A DNA stretch of 64,000 nucleotides from Beijerinckiaceae bacterium (GCA_965277355.1 CBDICN010000002.1:1029175-1093174), one strand, 5' to 3'. Shown: positions 48,661-59,867, counted from the stretch's first letter. Made by a program: numbers and translations. The notes: generated from the sequence alone by a model not told the origin.

Positions 48661-49587
48661 CTACATCCGCGTCCCCGCCGCTACCTTGGTTCCGCGCAAG
48701 AAGGCGTCGGCCGGCATCGGCGGCTTGCCGGCGCGCTGGATCATGACGAGCCGCACCGCGCCCTCCCCGCAGGCGATCGTCAGCGCGTCGTCGAGGGTGA
48801 CGCCCGGCGCGCCCTGCCCGGCCGCGAGGTGGGCGCGCAGCACCTTCACGCGCTCCGGGCCTTTGCCGAAGTCGGCCTCGAAGAAGGCGCCGGGGACCGG
48901 GGACAGGCCGCGGATGAGGTTGTGCACCTCTTCGGCCGGGGGGCGCCAGTCGATGCGGGCCTCCGCCTTGTCGATTTTTTGCGCGTAGACCACGCCCGAC
49001 TCCGCCTGCGCGCGGAAGCTCAGCGTGCCGGCCGCGAGCCGCGCCAAGGCCTCGACCATCAGACCCGCGCCGATCGCGGCGAGCCGATCGTGCATCTCGC
49101 CGGCGGTGGCGTCGGGCGGGATCGTCACCCGCTGCTCCAGCGCGATCGGCCCGGTGTCGAGCCCTTCCTCCATGCCGATGACGGCGGCGGCGGTCTCGCC
49201 GTCCCCGGCGATGATCGGGCGCTGGATCGGCGCCGCGCCGCGCCAGCGCGGCAGCAGCGACGGATGCAGGTTGAGGCAGCCGTGCTTCGGCACCGCGAGG
49301 ATCGCGGGCGGCAGCAGCAACCCGTAGCCGACCACCACCGCCAGCGCGACATCGAGTGCGGCGAGGCCGGCCACCTCGGTCTCGTCGCGCAGGCTCTTGG
49401 GAGCGAGCACCGGCAGGCCGCGCGACGCGGCGAAGGCGTGCACCGGGGAGGGTGTGAGATCGAGACCGCGCCGCCCCGCCGGCTTCGGCGCCCGGGTGTA
49501 GACGGCGGCGATGTCGTGGCGCGCCGCGATAAGCGCCGCGAGCGTCGGGACGGCGAAAGCGGGAGTGCCAAGGAACGCGAGACGCAT
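48661..49587 (-). CDS. fmt: Methionyl-tRNA formyltransferase
   Basis: MRLAFLGTPAFA, NLHPSLLPRWRGAAPIQR, EGLDTGP. Confidence 0.96.
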   Translation of the reverse strand: MRLAFLGTPAFAVPTLAALIAARHDIAAVYTRAPKPAGRRGLDLTPSPVHAFAASRGLPVLAPKSLRDETEVAGLAALDVALAVVVGYGLLLPPAILAVPKHGCLNLHPSLLPRWRGAAPIQRPIIAGDGETAAAVIGMEEGLDTGPIALEQRVTIPPDATAGEMHDRLAAIGAGLMVEALARLAAGTLSFRAQAESGVVYAQKIDKAEARIDWRPPAEEVHNLIRGLSPVPGAFFEADFGKGPERVKVLRAHLAAGQGAPGVTLDDALTIACGEGAVRLVMIQRAGKPPMPADAFLRGTKVAAGTRM

Positions 49588-49605
49588 GCCGGGCGATCCG
49601 CGACG

Positions 49606-50175
49606 TCAGGCGCGCGAGGCGGGGCGCGGGCGCGGCGCCGAACGGTCCGGCTCGTCGGCTTCCCCCCGCGCCGCCTTCTCGAACTTCTTGACGATGCGGC
49701 TGCGCTTCAACCGCGAGATGTGGTCGATGAACAGGACGCCGTCGAGGTGATCGATCTCGTGCTGGACGCAGGTGGCGAGGATGCCGTCGGCCTCGATCTC
49801 GCGGGCCACGCCGTCGCGGTCCCGGTAGGCGACCCGCACCGCCGCGGGACGCTCGACCTCCTCGTAGAACTCGGGGATCGACAGGCAGCCCTCCTCGTAG
49901 ACGCTCTTCTCCTCCGACGACCAGGTGATCTGCGGATTGACGAAGACCATCGGCTCGGGCTTGGCGTCCTCGCCCCGCCGCTTCGAGACGTCGACCACCA
50001 TGATGCGGCGCAGGACGCCGATCTGCGGCGCGGCGAGGCCGATGCCCGGCGCCTCGTACATCGTCTCCAGCATATCGTCGGCGAGCGCGCGCACCTCGTC
50101 GTCGACCGCGGCGATCGGCGCCGCCCGCTGGCGCAGCTTGGCATCGGGAATGACGAGGATCGGGCGCAGGGCCAT
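49606..50175 (-). CDS. def: Peptide deformylase
   Basis: [27 protein letters not shown]. Confidence 0.97.
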   Translation of the reverse strand: MALRPILVIPDAKLRQRAAPIAAVDDEVRALADDMLETMYEAPGIGLAAPQIGVLRRIMVVDVSKRRGEDAKPEPMVFVNPQITWSSEEKSVYEEGCLSIPEFYEEVERPAAVRVAYRDRDGVAREIEADGILATCVQHEIDHLDGVLFIDHISRLKRSRIVKKFEKAARGEADEPDRSAPRPRPASRA

Positions 50176-50328
50176 GGACGCTTCACTTGATCGAGCTACG
50201 CGCCGGAGATAAGGGCGCGCCGCGGCCAGGTCAATTTGCGCGGCGAGCGGACGGGCACCCGAACGCCTCGGCCTTGTCCGCGAAACGCTATGCTTGTACG
50301 CGGCCCGCGAACATGAGAATGGAGCGCG

Positions 50329-50631
50329 GTGCGCCTCATCGCCGTGTCGACACTGTCGGCTTACTGGACCAAGCATCCTGAGACGCGGATCGCGCTCGAG
50401 CGATGGGTCGACATCGTGAAAACGGCTGAGTGGCGGACGCCGGCTGACATTCAGCCGGCCTTCACCAAAGCGAGGGTGCTCAACGGCGATCGCGTGAGGT
50501 TCGAAGTCGCGAGCGGCGATTACCGGCTCATTGCCGCCTTTAAGTTTTCGCGCCAGATCGCGTTCGTCAAATTCATCGGCACACATGCCGAATACGACCG
50601 GGCTAACGCTCTGACCGTGTCGCAGTTCTGA
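50329..50631 (+). CDS. higB: HigB-family toxin
   Basis: [23 protein letters not shown]...[14 protein letters not shown]. Confidence 0.9.
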   Translation: MRLIAVSTLSAYWTKHPETRIALERWVDIVKTAEWRTPADIQPAFTKARVLNGDRVRFEVASGDYRLIAAFKFSRQIAFVKFIGTHAEYDRANALTVSQF

Positions 50632-50643
50632 AAGGAGTTCGCG

Positions 50644-51015
50644 ATGGAGATCCGACCCATCCGCAACGACGATGATCACCGCGCCGCCGTTCAGGAGATC
50701 GCTCGTCTCTGGGACGCTCCCGAAGGCAGCCGCGAGTACGACACGCTCGACGTGCTCGCGACCCTGGTCGATGTCTACGAGCGCCGCCGCTGGCCGATCG
50801 CTCCGGGGACCCCCCGCGACGTGCTCGTGTATGCGATCAGCGACATGGGCCGGTCGCAGGCGGAGCTGGCGCAACTGCTCGGCTCGCGGTCTCTTGCCTC
50901 CGATCTTCTCAGCGGACGTCGGCGGCTATCCCTCGCGACGGCGCGAAAGATCAGCGCAGCGTGGGCGCTTCCGATTCAGCTTCTGGTCGCGCCGTATGAC
51001 GTGGCCGCAGCCTAG
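50644..51015 (+). CDS. higA: HigA antitoxin (HTH)
   Basis: [44 protein letters not shown]. Confidence 0.9.
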   Translation: MEIRPIRNDDDHRAAVQEIARLWDAPEGSREYDTLDVLATLVDVYERRRWPIAPGTPRDVLVYAISDMGRSQAELAQLLGSRSLASDLLSGRRRLSLATARKISAAWALPIQLLVAPYDVAAA

Positions 51016-51138
51016 CCGCCGTATCGGCGTCCCGCATCTAATCCGTGTGACTGCTCGCCGCGGCGAACGGTACGCCCCCGCCGTGCCGTACACTTCGCAC
51101 GCCACATCGCGCGACTTCGCAAACCCGTCGTGGCTTGC

Positions 51139-51157
51139 GTAGGGTGGGGGGCTATGC
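51139..51157. promoter_or_regulatory. RcnR/FrmR-type G-tract operator candidate
   Basis: TAGGGTGGGGGGCTA immediately upstream of dmeR. Confidence 0.5.
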
Positions 51158-51169
51158 CAAAAGGCGCCG

Positions 51170-51448
51170 ATGGTCCATACCGTCCGCGAAAAGCAAAAAC
51201 TGCTGGCACGCGTCCGCCGCATCAAGGGCCAGGTCGAGGCGATCGAGCGCGCGCTCGATAAAGAGGCCGGTTGCGAACAAGTGATGCATCTCATCGCCGG
51301 CGTACGCGGCGCGACCGCCGGGTTGATGGCGGAAGTCGTCGAAGATCACATCCGCGCGCACCTGGTCGATGCCGAGCGATACCCGGACGCTCTCGATCCC
51401 GACGCGACGGAGCAATTGCTCGAAGTCGTCCGCGCCTATCTGAAGTGA
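51170..51448 (+). CDS. dmeR: Metal-sensing repressor, RcnR/FrmR/CsoR family
   Basis: MVHTVREKQKLLARVRRIKGQV, CEQVMHLIAGVRGA, DHIRAH. Confidence 0.88.
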   Translation: MVHTVREKQKLLARVRRIKGQVEAIERALDKEAGCEQVMHLIAGVRGATAGLMAEVVEDHIRAHLVDAERYPDALDPDATEQLLEVVRAYLK

Positions 51449-51456
51449 GGATTGCC

Positions 51457-52797
51457 ATGATCCAGGCTGACAACGCCGCGCCGTCGGGTTTTCACAGCCA
51501 TGTCTTTCCTTCTCAGAGCCATGTCTTTCCTTCTCAGAGCCATGTCTTTCCTTCTCACAGCCATGTCTTTCTCGGCGAAGGCCATGAAAGAAGCGAACGC
51601 CGGACCTGGGCGGTCATCTGGCTGTGCGGCGCCATGATGATCGCCGAGATCGTCGGCGGCCTGCTGTTCGGCTCGATCGCGCTGGTGGCAGACGGCCTGC
51701 ACATGAGCACGCATGCCGGCGCGCTGCTGCTGGCCGCGCTCGCGTACCGCTATGCCCGCAGGTACGCGAACGATCCGCGCTTCAGCTTCGGCACCGGCAA
51801 GCTCGGCGACCTCGCCGGCTTCACCAGCGCGATCGTCCTGGCGATGATCGCGGTTCTGATCGGCTATGAATCGGTGATCCGCCTCTTTTCGCCCGTGCCG
51901 ATCCATTTCAGCGAGGCGATCCCGATCGCGTGTCTCGGCTTGGCGGTCAATGTCGCGAGCGCCTGGCTGCTCGGCGGCGGCCACGGGCATGGCCATCACG
52001 GGCATGGCCGGCACGGACATGGCCAGCACGGACATCGGCAAAATGCCCATGGCCCCGAAGCTCACGACCATGACGAGGCGCACTGGATCGAGACCGCCGG
52101 CGGCAGGGTCCAGCTCGAGGTGTTCGAGGACGGCGTCCCGCCGCGGTTCCGGCTGCGCGCCGAGACCGGTGCCGCGCTCGGGGACGCGGCGATCGAGATC
52201 GTGCGGCCGGACGGGTCGCGCCGGCTCTTCGCGATGCGAGATCAGGGGGCGTACCTGGAATCGGTCGACGAGATCCCGGAGCCGCACGCCTTCACCGCCA
52301 ACGTGCGCATCGATCACGGCGAGCATCCGGTCGTGTTTCAAGAGCACGAGCACGATCATGCGGCCGCCGCCGCCGGTCGCGACAACAACATGCGAGCCGC
52401 GGTGATCCACGTCGCCGCCGACGCCGCGGTGTCGGTCCTGGTGATCGTGGGGCTGGTGCTCGCCCGCGCCTTCGGGTGGCTCTGGATGGATCCGCTCGCG
52501 GGCGTCATTGGGGCCTGCGTCATCGCCAGCTGGTCTTACGGCCTGATCCGCGACACCGGCGCGATCCTGCTCGACATGAACCCCGACCGCGGCATGGAAA
52601 CCAGGCTGCGGCAGGCCGTCGAGAGCGATGGCGACACGCTCGCCGATCTGCACCTGTGGCGGCTGGGGCCGGGGCATCTGGGCGCGATCGTCTCGGTCGT
52701 CACGACCAAGGCGCGGGATGCGGGCTTCTACCGCGGCCGCCTCGCCCGCTTCCAATCGCTCTCGCACCTGACCGTCGAGGTCCTGCATCAAACGTGA
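51457..52797 (+). CDS. dmeF: CDF-family Co/Ni efflux transporter with His-rich loop and inserted soluble domain
   Basis: SIALVADGLHMSTHA, NMRAAVIHVAADA, DLHLWRLGPGH, HLTVEV. Confidence 0.9.
   Translation: MIQADNAAPSGFHSHVFPSQSHVFPSQSHVFPSHSHVFLGEGHERSERRTWAVIWLCGAMMIAEIVGGLLFGSIALVADGLHMSTHAGALLLAALAYRYARRYANDPRFSFGTGKLGDLAGFTSAIVLAMIAVLIGYESVIRLFSPVPIHFSEAIPIACLGLAVNVASAWLLGGGHGHGHHGHGRHGHGQHGHRQNAHGPEAHDHDEAHWIETAGGRVQLEVFEDGVPPRFRLRAETGAALGDAAIEIVRPDGSRRLFAMRDQGAYLESVDEIPEPHAFTANVRIDHGEHPVVFQEHEHDHAAAAAGRDNNMRAAVIHVAADAAVSVLVIVGLVLARAFGWLWMDPLAGVIGACVIASWSYGLIRDTGAILLDMNPDRGMETRLRQAVESDGDTLADLHLWRLGPGHLGAIVSVVTTKARDAGFYRGRLARFQSLSHLTVEVLHQT
51493..51571. repeat. 21-bp x3.8 in-frame tandem repeat in the dmeF N-terminus
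   Basis: HSHVFPS QSHVFPS QSHVFPS HSHVF. Confidence 0.9.
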
Positions 52798-52915
52798 CCG
52801 TCGAGCCGGCGACAGCATCGGACGGTGATCCGGAGTCGCTTCGCGACGCTTATATGCCTGTCCTCGCTACGCTTCCTGATCGGAGCAAGTCCGCAAAAGC
52901 GGACGTTGCTCTAGC

Positions 52916-55771
52916 TCAGTGCCCGAGCCGCTCCAGCAGATCGCGCACATGGACCTGGTCGGCCTTGTAGTTGCCGGTCAGCGTGTACATCACCAGGTTG
53001 ACGCCGCCGCGCAGCGCCATCTCGTGCTGGCGCGCATCGCCCGGCACCAGCGGGTAGAGCGCCTCGCCGTACTCGTCGCCGGCCCAGCCGCCGGCGAGGT
53101 CGTTGGAGGTGAGCACGATCGGCGAGACGCCGTCGCCGGCGCGGGCCGGGCGCTGCTGGTTGTCGCCGATCGGCGGCGGCAGGGCCTCGATCCAGGTCTG
53201 CCCGGAGGCGTAGCGCCCGATAAAATTGTCAATGAGGTAGAAGGTCTTGGTCACGACGTGGTCGCGCGGGACCGGCTCCAACTCGGGAACGTCGACGCCG
53301 GCCAGCAGCTGGCGCAGCCAGGCCGCCCCGGGCGACGGCTCGCCGCTCGGATGCACGCTGAGCGCGTCGCGGGTGTCGAACACGATCGTGCCGCCCTGGT
53401 GCATGTAGGCGGCGATCTTCTCGACGGCCTGGCGCGACGGCTGCGGGTTCGCCGCCACGATCGGCCAGTACAGAAGCGGGTAGAAGGCGAGCTGGTCCTT
53501 CGCAGGATCGATGCCGATCGGCTCGCCGGGATCGAGCGAGGTGCGCGTCGCCAGCGTCGACGAAAGCGACGCCAGCCCCTGGCGGCTGATCTCGTCGACC
53601 TTGGCGTCGCCGCTGATCATATAGGCGAGCCGCGTCGTGAGCGCCGAGGCGAGATCGCGCGGCGCGATGGTGATGGGCGGCGCGGGTCCGGTCGTCGCGG
53701 GGGGCGCCGGATCGGCTCGTGCCGGGCCGGGCGCCTGGAGCAGGCCGAGGCCGGCGACGATCGCGAGCACGATGGAGGCGGTGACGGCCGCCCGTCGCGG
53801 CGCGAGGCGAAGCTTGCCGCCAAGCCAAAGCGACGCCAGGCTGTCGAGCAGGAAGAGGATGAACGCCGCGGCGATGAGCCAAGGCCGCAGATCGATCGGC
53901 TCGGCCGCCATCAGCGGCGCCTTGTCGAAGGGAAGCCCGGAGAAATCCGCCGCTGGGATCGTGTCCCCGGCCGCCAGCGTATTGATCGCCAGCAATCCGT
54001 CGCCGGTCCCGTAGAACCCCGGCGGATGCTCGGGCGACGCCACGCCGCCATAGCTTGTCGCCACCGGCTTGGCGGTCGGCGGCGGCGGCCCCAGCACGCC
54101 GAACCCGTCGAGTGTTCGGCTCGGCGAAACCGTCGCCGTGGCCGGCGCCGCGGACCCGGCTTCCGCCGCCTTGGCTTCGGTCGCCGCCGCCGCGCGCGGC
54201 GCCGCGCCCGAGAGCGCGACGATCTTTTTCAGCATGTCCACGAAGAGCCCCGAGATCGGCAGGTTGGACCAGGTGGTGTCGGCGGTGAGGTGGAACAGCA
54301 CGACGCGACCCTTGCCCCGCATCGCGGCGGTGACAAGTGGCGTGCCGTCGGACAGTTGCGCCCAGGTCTTGCCCGGCAGACCGGGCTCCGGCTCGGCCAG
54401 CACCTGCCGCATCACCGTCACCTCTTTCGGCACCTTGAGGCCGACGAACGGGCTCGGCGGCTCGAACGCCGCCAGCGTCTTGGGCTGTTCCCAGGACAGC
54501 GAACCGCCGAGCACCCGGCCGCCCCGCCGCAGCTTGACGGGGACAAGGTCGTCGGTGGCGCCCGACAGCCGCGTTCCGGCGAAACGCACCAGCAGGCCGC
54601 CGCCGTCGACCCATTGCGAGAGCCGGTCGCGGATCGGCCCGGTGATGGTGCCGACGTCGGCCAGGACCAGCACGTTGACGCGGTCGTCGAGCATCGCGCC
54701 GATCGGGTCCACCGCGCCGGGCTTGGGCTGGTGCACGTCGGCGAAGGGAGCGAGCGCCTTCGCGAGATAGTAGTCGGGTGCGAGCAGCGGCTGCGCGGTG
54801 TCCGCCGTCTCGCCCGAGACGATGCCGACGCTGCGGCGGCGCCACCGCGCATCGAGCAGGGTGACCGCGCCGGCGCTGTGGGCCGCCGCGAGCTCGAGGC
54901 GAGCGATCTCGTTGCGCAGCTCGGTGGGGAGATCGAACCTGGCATCGACGGCGTCGGCCTTGCCGAACGCGAACGGCGACTCGCCGATCGCGAGCCCCTT
55001 CATGTCGAGCGCGCGGACGATGCCCACTCCCTTCCGGGCCTCTCCGGCGCCCGACCTCAGCACGCGGACGGCGAGGCTGCCGCCGTCGTTGCGCGGGTCG
55101 GTCAAGGCGAGCACCGGCCGCGCGTCCGCCACCAGCACCGTCTTGACCGGCAGCGCGGCGAGCCGCTCGGCGAACGCCCGCGCGCCGCCGCGCTCGAGCC
55201 CGTCCGCGAGCCAGACGACGGTCGTGTCGGGCCGGGCCTTGACGAAGCGCTCCACCGCGGCGGCGGTGGGCGCGCGGTCCGGCGTGTACGGCGCCGGCTT
55301 CAACGCGCGCAGACGCTCGAGCGCGGTGGCGGCATCGACCGGAACGATGTCCCGGCCGCCCTCCGACATCGCGGCGACCGCCACCGTCTGGGCGTTCTGC
55401 CGCGCCGCCTCGATGCGCTGGGCCGCCGCCGTCACCCGGCGGTCCCAGGCCGGCGCCGCCGCCCAGCTGTCGTCGATGGCGATCAGCAGCGGCCCCTTGC
55501 CGGCGGTGCCGACGGAGAGCGGGTTCCAGATCGGGCCGGCCATCGCGAGGATCACCATCGCGGCCAGCACGAGGCGCAGGAGCAGCAGCCACCACGGCGT
55601 CGCGGCCGGCGTCTCGTCGCGCGGCCGAAGGTCGAGGATCAGCTTCAGCGGCGGAAAATGCACGCGCTGCGGCCGCGGCGGCGTCACCCGCAGAAGGACG
55701 TAGAGAACCGGCAGGCCGGCCAGCGCCAGCAGCGCGAAGGGAACGGTGAAGGCGAGCGGCAGGCCCAGCAT
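52916..55771 (-). CDS. BatA/vWA + DUF4159 domain membrane protein
   Basis: TPWWLLLLRL (BatA), IAIDDSWA, FYPLLYWP, GVNLVMYTLTGNYKADQVH. Confidence 0.88.
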   Translation of the reverse strand: MLGLPLAFTVPFALLALAGLPVLYVLLRVTPPRPQRVHFPPLKLILDLRPRDETPAATPWWLLLLRLVLAAMVILAMAGPIWNPLSVGTAGKGPLLIAIDDSWAAAPAWDRRVTAAAQRIEAARQNAQTVAVAAMSEGGRDIVPVDAATALERLRALKPAPYTPDRAPTAAAVERFVKARPDTTVVWLADGLERGGARAFAERLAALPVKTVLVADARPVLALTDPRNDGGSLAVRVLRSGAGEARKGVGIVRALDMKGLAIGESPFAFGKADAVDARFDLPTELRNEIARLELAAAHSAGAVTLLDARWRRRSVGIVSGETADTAQPLLAPDYYLAKALAPFADVHQPKPGAVDPIGAMLDDRVNVLVLADVGTITGPIRDRLSQWVDGGGLLVRFAGTRLSGATDDLVPVKLRRGGRVLGGSLSWEQPKTLAAFEPPSPFVGLKVPKEVTVMRQVLAEPEPGLPGKTWAQLSDGTPLVTAAMRGKGRVVLFHLTADTTWSNLPISGLFVDMLKKIVALSGAAPRAAAATEAKAAEAGSAAPATATVSPSRTLDGFGVLGPPPPTAKPVATSYGGVASPEHPPGFYGTGDGLLAINTLAAGDTIPAADFSGLPFDKAPLMAAEPIDLRPWLIAAAFILFLLDSLASLWLGGKLRLAPRRAAVTASIVLAIVAGLGLLQAPGPARADPAPPATTGPAPPITIAPRDLASALTTRLAYMISGDAKVDEISRQGLASLSSTLATRTSLDPGEPIGIDPAKDQLAFYPLLYWPIVAANPQPSRQAVEKIAAYMHQGGTIVFDTRDALSVHPSGEPSPGAAWLRQLLAGVDVPELEPVPRDHVVTKTFYLIDNFIGRYASGQTWIEALPPPIGDNQQRPARAGDGVSPIVLTSNDLAGGWAGDEYGEALYPLVPGDARQHEMALRGGVNLVMYTLTGNYKADQVHVRDLLERLGH

Positions 55772-56703
55772 CAGGCCATGCCCGGCATCGCGAGGTCGGC
55801 GCTCTGCTCGAGACGGATGCGCAAGGCGAGGAGCGCCTCCGAGGCCGGACGATCCGTGCGATGGATCGCGAGACTCCAGCCCTTGGACCTGCAGAGGGCG
55901 GCGATCGCATCGCGATGGGCGGCGAGCCGGCGGATATAGTCGCCGCGGAACCGCTCGGCCTGGCCGACGCGCATGGTCGCGGCCGAGTCGACGTCGCGGA
56001 ACTCGGTGTGACCGGAGAAGGGGAAGGTCTCCTCGATCGGGTCGGCGATCATCACGAGATGACCGTGGGCGCCGCGCGCGGCGATGTCGGCGATGCGCGC
56101 CTCGAGCTCGGCGATGGGCGTGAGGAAGTCGCCGAGCAGGACGGCGCGCACGCGCGGCGCCAGGGTGCCGGCCGGCGGCAGTTCATCGTTTTGCGTCGTA
56201 CCGTCGGCGATGAGCGCCTCGGCGAAGCGTTCGATGATCGCGCGCGAGGCGAGCGGGCGCGTGAGGCCGATCAGGCCGACCCGCTCGCCGCCGCGCACCA
56301 GCAGATCGGCGGCGGCGAGGCCGAGCACGATGGCGCGATCGAGCTTCGACTGCATCGCCAGGCCCGACGCGAACGCCATCGACCGCGAGCGATCGATCCA
56401 CACCCACACCGTATGCGCCGATTCCCATTCGCGCTCGCGCACGTAGATCTTGTCGTCGCGGGCGGAGCGGCGCCAATCGACGCGGACGGCGGACTCGCCG
56501 GAGACGAAGGGGCGGAACTGCCAGAAATTCTCGCCGGCACCGGCGCGCTTGCGCCCGTGGACGCCGTGCATGGCGGAGGAGGCGATCTCCTTCGCCGCCA
56601 CCACAAGCGCGGGCAGACGCCGCGCGAGATCGATCCCACCGCGCTGGTGGGCGTGGCCGACGCGCTGCTCGTCGCGTTCGAGGAGCCGGGTTTCTAGCGC
56701 CAT
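55771..56703 (-). CDS. DUF58 protein (MoxR-associated)
   Basis: HGRKRAGAGENFWQFR, DWRRSAR, REREWE, LGDF, DPIEETFPF. Confidence 0.9.
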   Translation of the reverse strand: MALETRLLERDEQRVGHAHQRGGIDLARRLPALVVAAKEIASSAMHGVHGRKRAGAGENFWQFRPFVSGESAVRVDWRRSARDDKIYVREREWESAHTVWVWIDRSRSMAFASGLAMQSKLDRAIVLGLAAADLLVRGGERVGLIGLTRPLASRAIIERFAEALIADGTTQNDELPPAGTLAPRVRAVLLGDFLTPIAELEARIADIAARGAHGHLVMIADPIEETFPFSGHTEFRDVDSAATMRVGQAERFRGDYIRRLAAHRDAIAALCRSKGWSLAIHRTDRPASEALLALRIRLEQSADLAMPGMA

Positions 56704-56720
56704 GAAAAATCTCGCCGCGT

Positions 56721-57356
56721 CTCCTCCCCTGCGCGCAGCGCGGGGGAGGGGGACCGCCGTAGGCGGTGGAGGGGGCTGCCGCAGCCGCGATGCCGAGAGC
56801 GCCGGCCCGAGCGCGTGTCTTGCGAAAGAGAAGCGGCGGCCGAGGCGGGCTGCCAACGCGCTATTTGCCGGCAGGGAGGCCGCCGGCTAAGCTCGGCGCA
56901 CCCCCTCCGAGTGCTTCCATGCGCGCTGCGGTCATCACCTTCAAGAGGGCTCGTCGCCTCCGCCGCGAGATGACGCTGCCGGAAGTCCTGCTTTGGCAGG
57001 CCTTGCGAAACCATGCTCTGGCCGATGAGCGCTTCCGCCGCCAGCATCCGTGCGGCCCCTATAGTCTCGACTTCTTCTGTGCCGCGGCGAAACTTGCGGT
57101 CGAGATCGACGGCGCTGTTCATGACGATCCGGCTCGTTTTGCGAAGGACCGGTCTCGTGACCGGTTTCTCGACGAGCAGCGCATCAGAGTTATTCGGTTC
57201 AATGCTCGCGACGTGCTCGATGTCCGGGCGCGGCAGGACGTTCTGGACACGATCAACGCCGCTGTCCGTGGTCGCATTTCGCCCTGATGGGGTACCGGCG
57301 GCCGCCCCCTCCACCATGCTTCGCATGGTCCCCCTCCCCCGCTTCGCGGGGGAGTA
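56721..57356. mobile_element. DUF559 nuclease cassette bounded by inverted palindromic arms (family C)
   Basis: Left arm 56721-56782 and right arm 57299-57356 are inverted copies of CTCCCC-hairpin-GGGGAG GGGGAC-hairpin-GTGGAGGGGGC. Confidence 0.7.
56919..57287 (+). CDS. DUF559 (Vsr-like) endonuclease
   Basis: RARRLRREMTLPEVLLW, FRRQHP.GPY.LDF, VEIDGAVH, RVIRF. Confidence 0.9.
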   Translation: MRAAVITFKRARRLRREMTLPEVLLWQALRNHALADERFRRQHPCGPYSLDFFCAAAKLAVEIDGAVHDDPARFAKDRSRDRFLDEQRIRVIRFNARDVLDVRARQDVLDTINAAVRGRISP

Positions 57357-57373
57357 TGCGACCTGCGCCTCCT

Positions 57374-58429
<1,056 letters not shown>

Positions 58430-58504
58430 GGACGGCTGGCTCCTCGGGGCTTAAGCGTCGTCTTCGGCGAGAGTGCCGACTTTCCCGTTCAATGGGTTGC
58501 AATT

Positions 58505-59134
58505 ATGTCTGACAATGCCGCCGACAAACAGGGGCAACCCGCGCCGGGGAGGCTGGCCAGTCTCGCCGAGGCGATCGGTGCGACCAAGATACGCGGCTCG
58601 GAGACACGCGGCGCGGAGATACGCGGCTCGGAGGCGCGCGGCCCGGCGCCGGTCGACACATGGCATCCGCCCTATTGCGGCGAGATCGATCTGAGGATCG
58701 CGGCCGACGGCACCTGGTTCTACGCCGGCACCCCGATCAACCGGCCGGCGATGGTCGCGCTGTTCGCCGGCATCCTGCGCAAGGACCCGGAACGCTACGT
58801 GCTGGTGACGCCGGTCGAATGCGTCGGCATCGCGGTGGACGACGTGCCGTTCGTCGCGGTGGCGATGGAGCACGACGAGGGCGGCGCGCTGCGCTTCGTC
58901 ACCAACCTCGGCGACGAGGTGGCGGCAGGGCAAGAGCACCCGCTGCGCTTCGAAACCGAGCCCGGCGGCGGCGTGAAACCCTACGTCCATGTCCGCGGCG
59001 GCCTGTGGGCGCGGCTCACCCGCGCGCTCGCGCTCGACCTGCTCGACGGCGCCGAGGAGCGCTACGAGGGCGGAGTGGCCACGGCCGGCATCGCCAGCGG
59101 CGGGTCGTTCTTTGCGATCGGACCGGCGGGGTGA
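58505..59134 (+). CDS. DUF1285 family protein (15-bp x4 repeat at 58586-58645)
   Basis: WHPPYCGEIDLRIAADGTWFY.GTPI.R, LVTPVE...I.VDDVPF, PYVHVRGGL.ARL. Confidence 0.9.
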   Translation: MSDNAADKQGQPAPGRLASLAEAIGATKIRGSETRGAEIRGSEARGPAPVDTWHPPYCGEIDLRIAADGTWFYAGTPINRPAMVALFAGILRKDPERYVLVTPVECVGIAVDDVPFVAVAMEHDEGGALRFVTNLGDEVAAGQEHPLRFETEPGGGVKPYVHVRGGLWARLTRALALDLLDGAEERYEGGVATAGIASGGSFFAIGPAG

Positions 59135-59157
59135 CTCATGTTGATGAGCTGAAGCTT

Positions 59158-59176
59158 TAGTGAAATAGTTGCACTA
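59158..59176. promoter_or_regulatory. Operator-like inverted repeat of the DUF4160/DUF2442 module
   Basis: TAGTGAAA-TAG-TTGCACTA (7 of 8 positions palindromic). Confidence 0.5.
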
Positions 59177-59190
59177 CAGGCCGATTGCGC

Positions 59191-59424
59191 ATGCCCGTTC
59201 TGCAACGCTTCGGATCGGTCAGCGTGCGGATGTATGCCGACGATCACCGGCCGCCGCACCTCCACATCGTGGCTCCTGACTTTCAGGTGCTCGTGCGGAT
59301 CTCCGATCTGGCCGTGATCGCGGGAGAGGCTCGCCCAGCCGACATCGCGGAAGCGGTCGGATGGGCGCGGGGCAACCGTGAATTACTCGCTCGCAAATGG
59401 GCGGAGTTGAACGAACGAGGCTGA
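59191..59424 (+). CDS. DUF4160 family protein (putative toxin)
   Basis: VRMYADDHRPPHLH, W...N.ELL..KW. Confidence 0.85.
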   Translation: MPVLQRFGSVSVRMYADDHRPPHLHIVAPDFQVLVRISDLAVIAGEARPADIAEAVGWARGNRELLARKWAELNERG

Positions 59425-59867
59425 TGATGCCGAAGAAAAACCTGCCTCGCATCAAGTCGGTCAAAGCGGACGACAGACCGTTGACTTTGCACGTCCGCTG
59501 GACCACGGGCGAGGAGAGTCACGTGGACGTAGCGGCCATGATCGGTGCCTACCGGCGCTACGAGCCGCTTCGCCGATCGCCGGACATGTTCCGCGATGTG
59601 CGCTTGGGTGACCTCGGAACCGACATCGTCTGGACCGACGACATCGACATGGCGGCCGACACCGTGTGGCGCCTCGTGCAGGAACAGGCCGGGGCCACCT
59701 TGTCGCCGGATGCCTTCAGGCAATGGCGCGAGCGCAATAAATACACCCTCGACACCGCCGCGGCGGCGCTCGGGATCAGCCGCCGCATGGTCGCCTATTA
59801 CGAGCAGGGCAGAAAGCCGATCCCGCGTGTCGTCGCGCTCGCCACTCGCGCGCTCGAACTCGCCTGA
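59424..59867 (+). CDS. DUF2442 + HTH protein (putative antitoxin)
   Basis: F..V.LGDLGTDIVWTDDIDM, then FRQWRER..YTLDTAAAALGISRRMVAYYEQG. Confidence 0.85.
   Translation: MMPKKNLPRIKSVKADDRPLTLHVRWTTGEESHVDVAAMIGAYRRYEPLRRSPDMFRDVRLGDLGTDIVWTDDIDMAADTVWRLVQEQAGATLSPDAFRQWRERNKYTLDTAAAALGISRRMVAYYEQGRKPIPRVVALATRALELA

Noticed and set aside
51975-52370. His-rich loop and inserted soluble domain of DmeF
   Set aside because: His-rich loops are normal in DmeF-type CDF exporters; not specific to this locus as far as I can tell.
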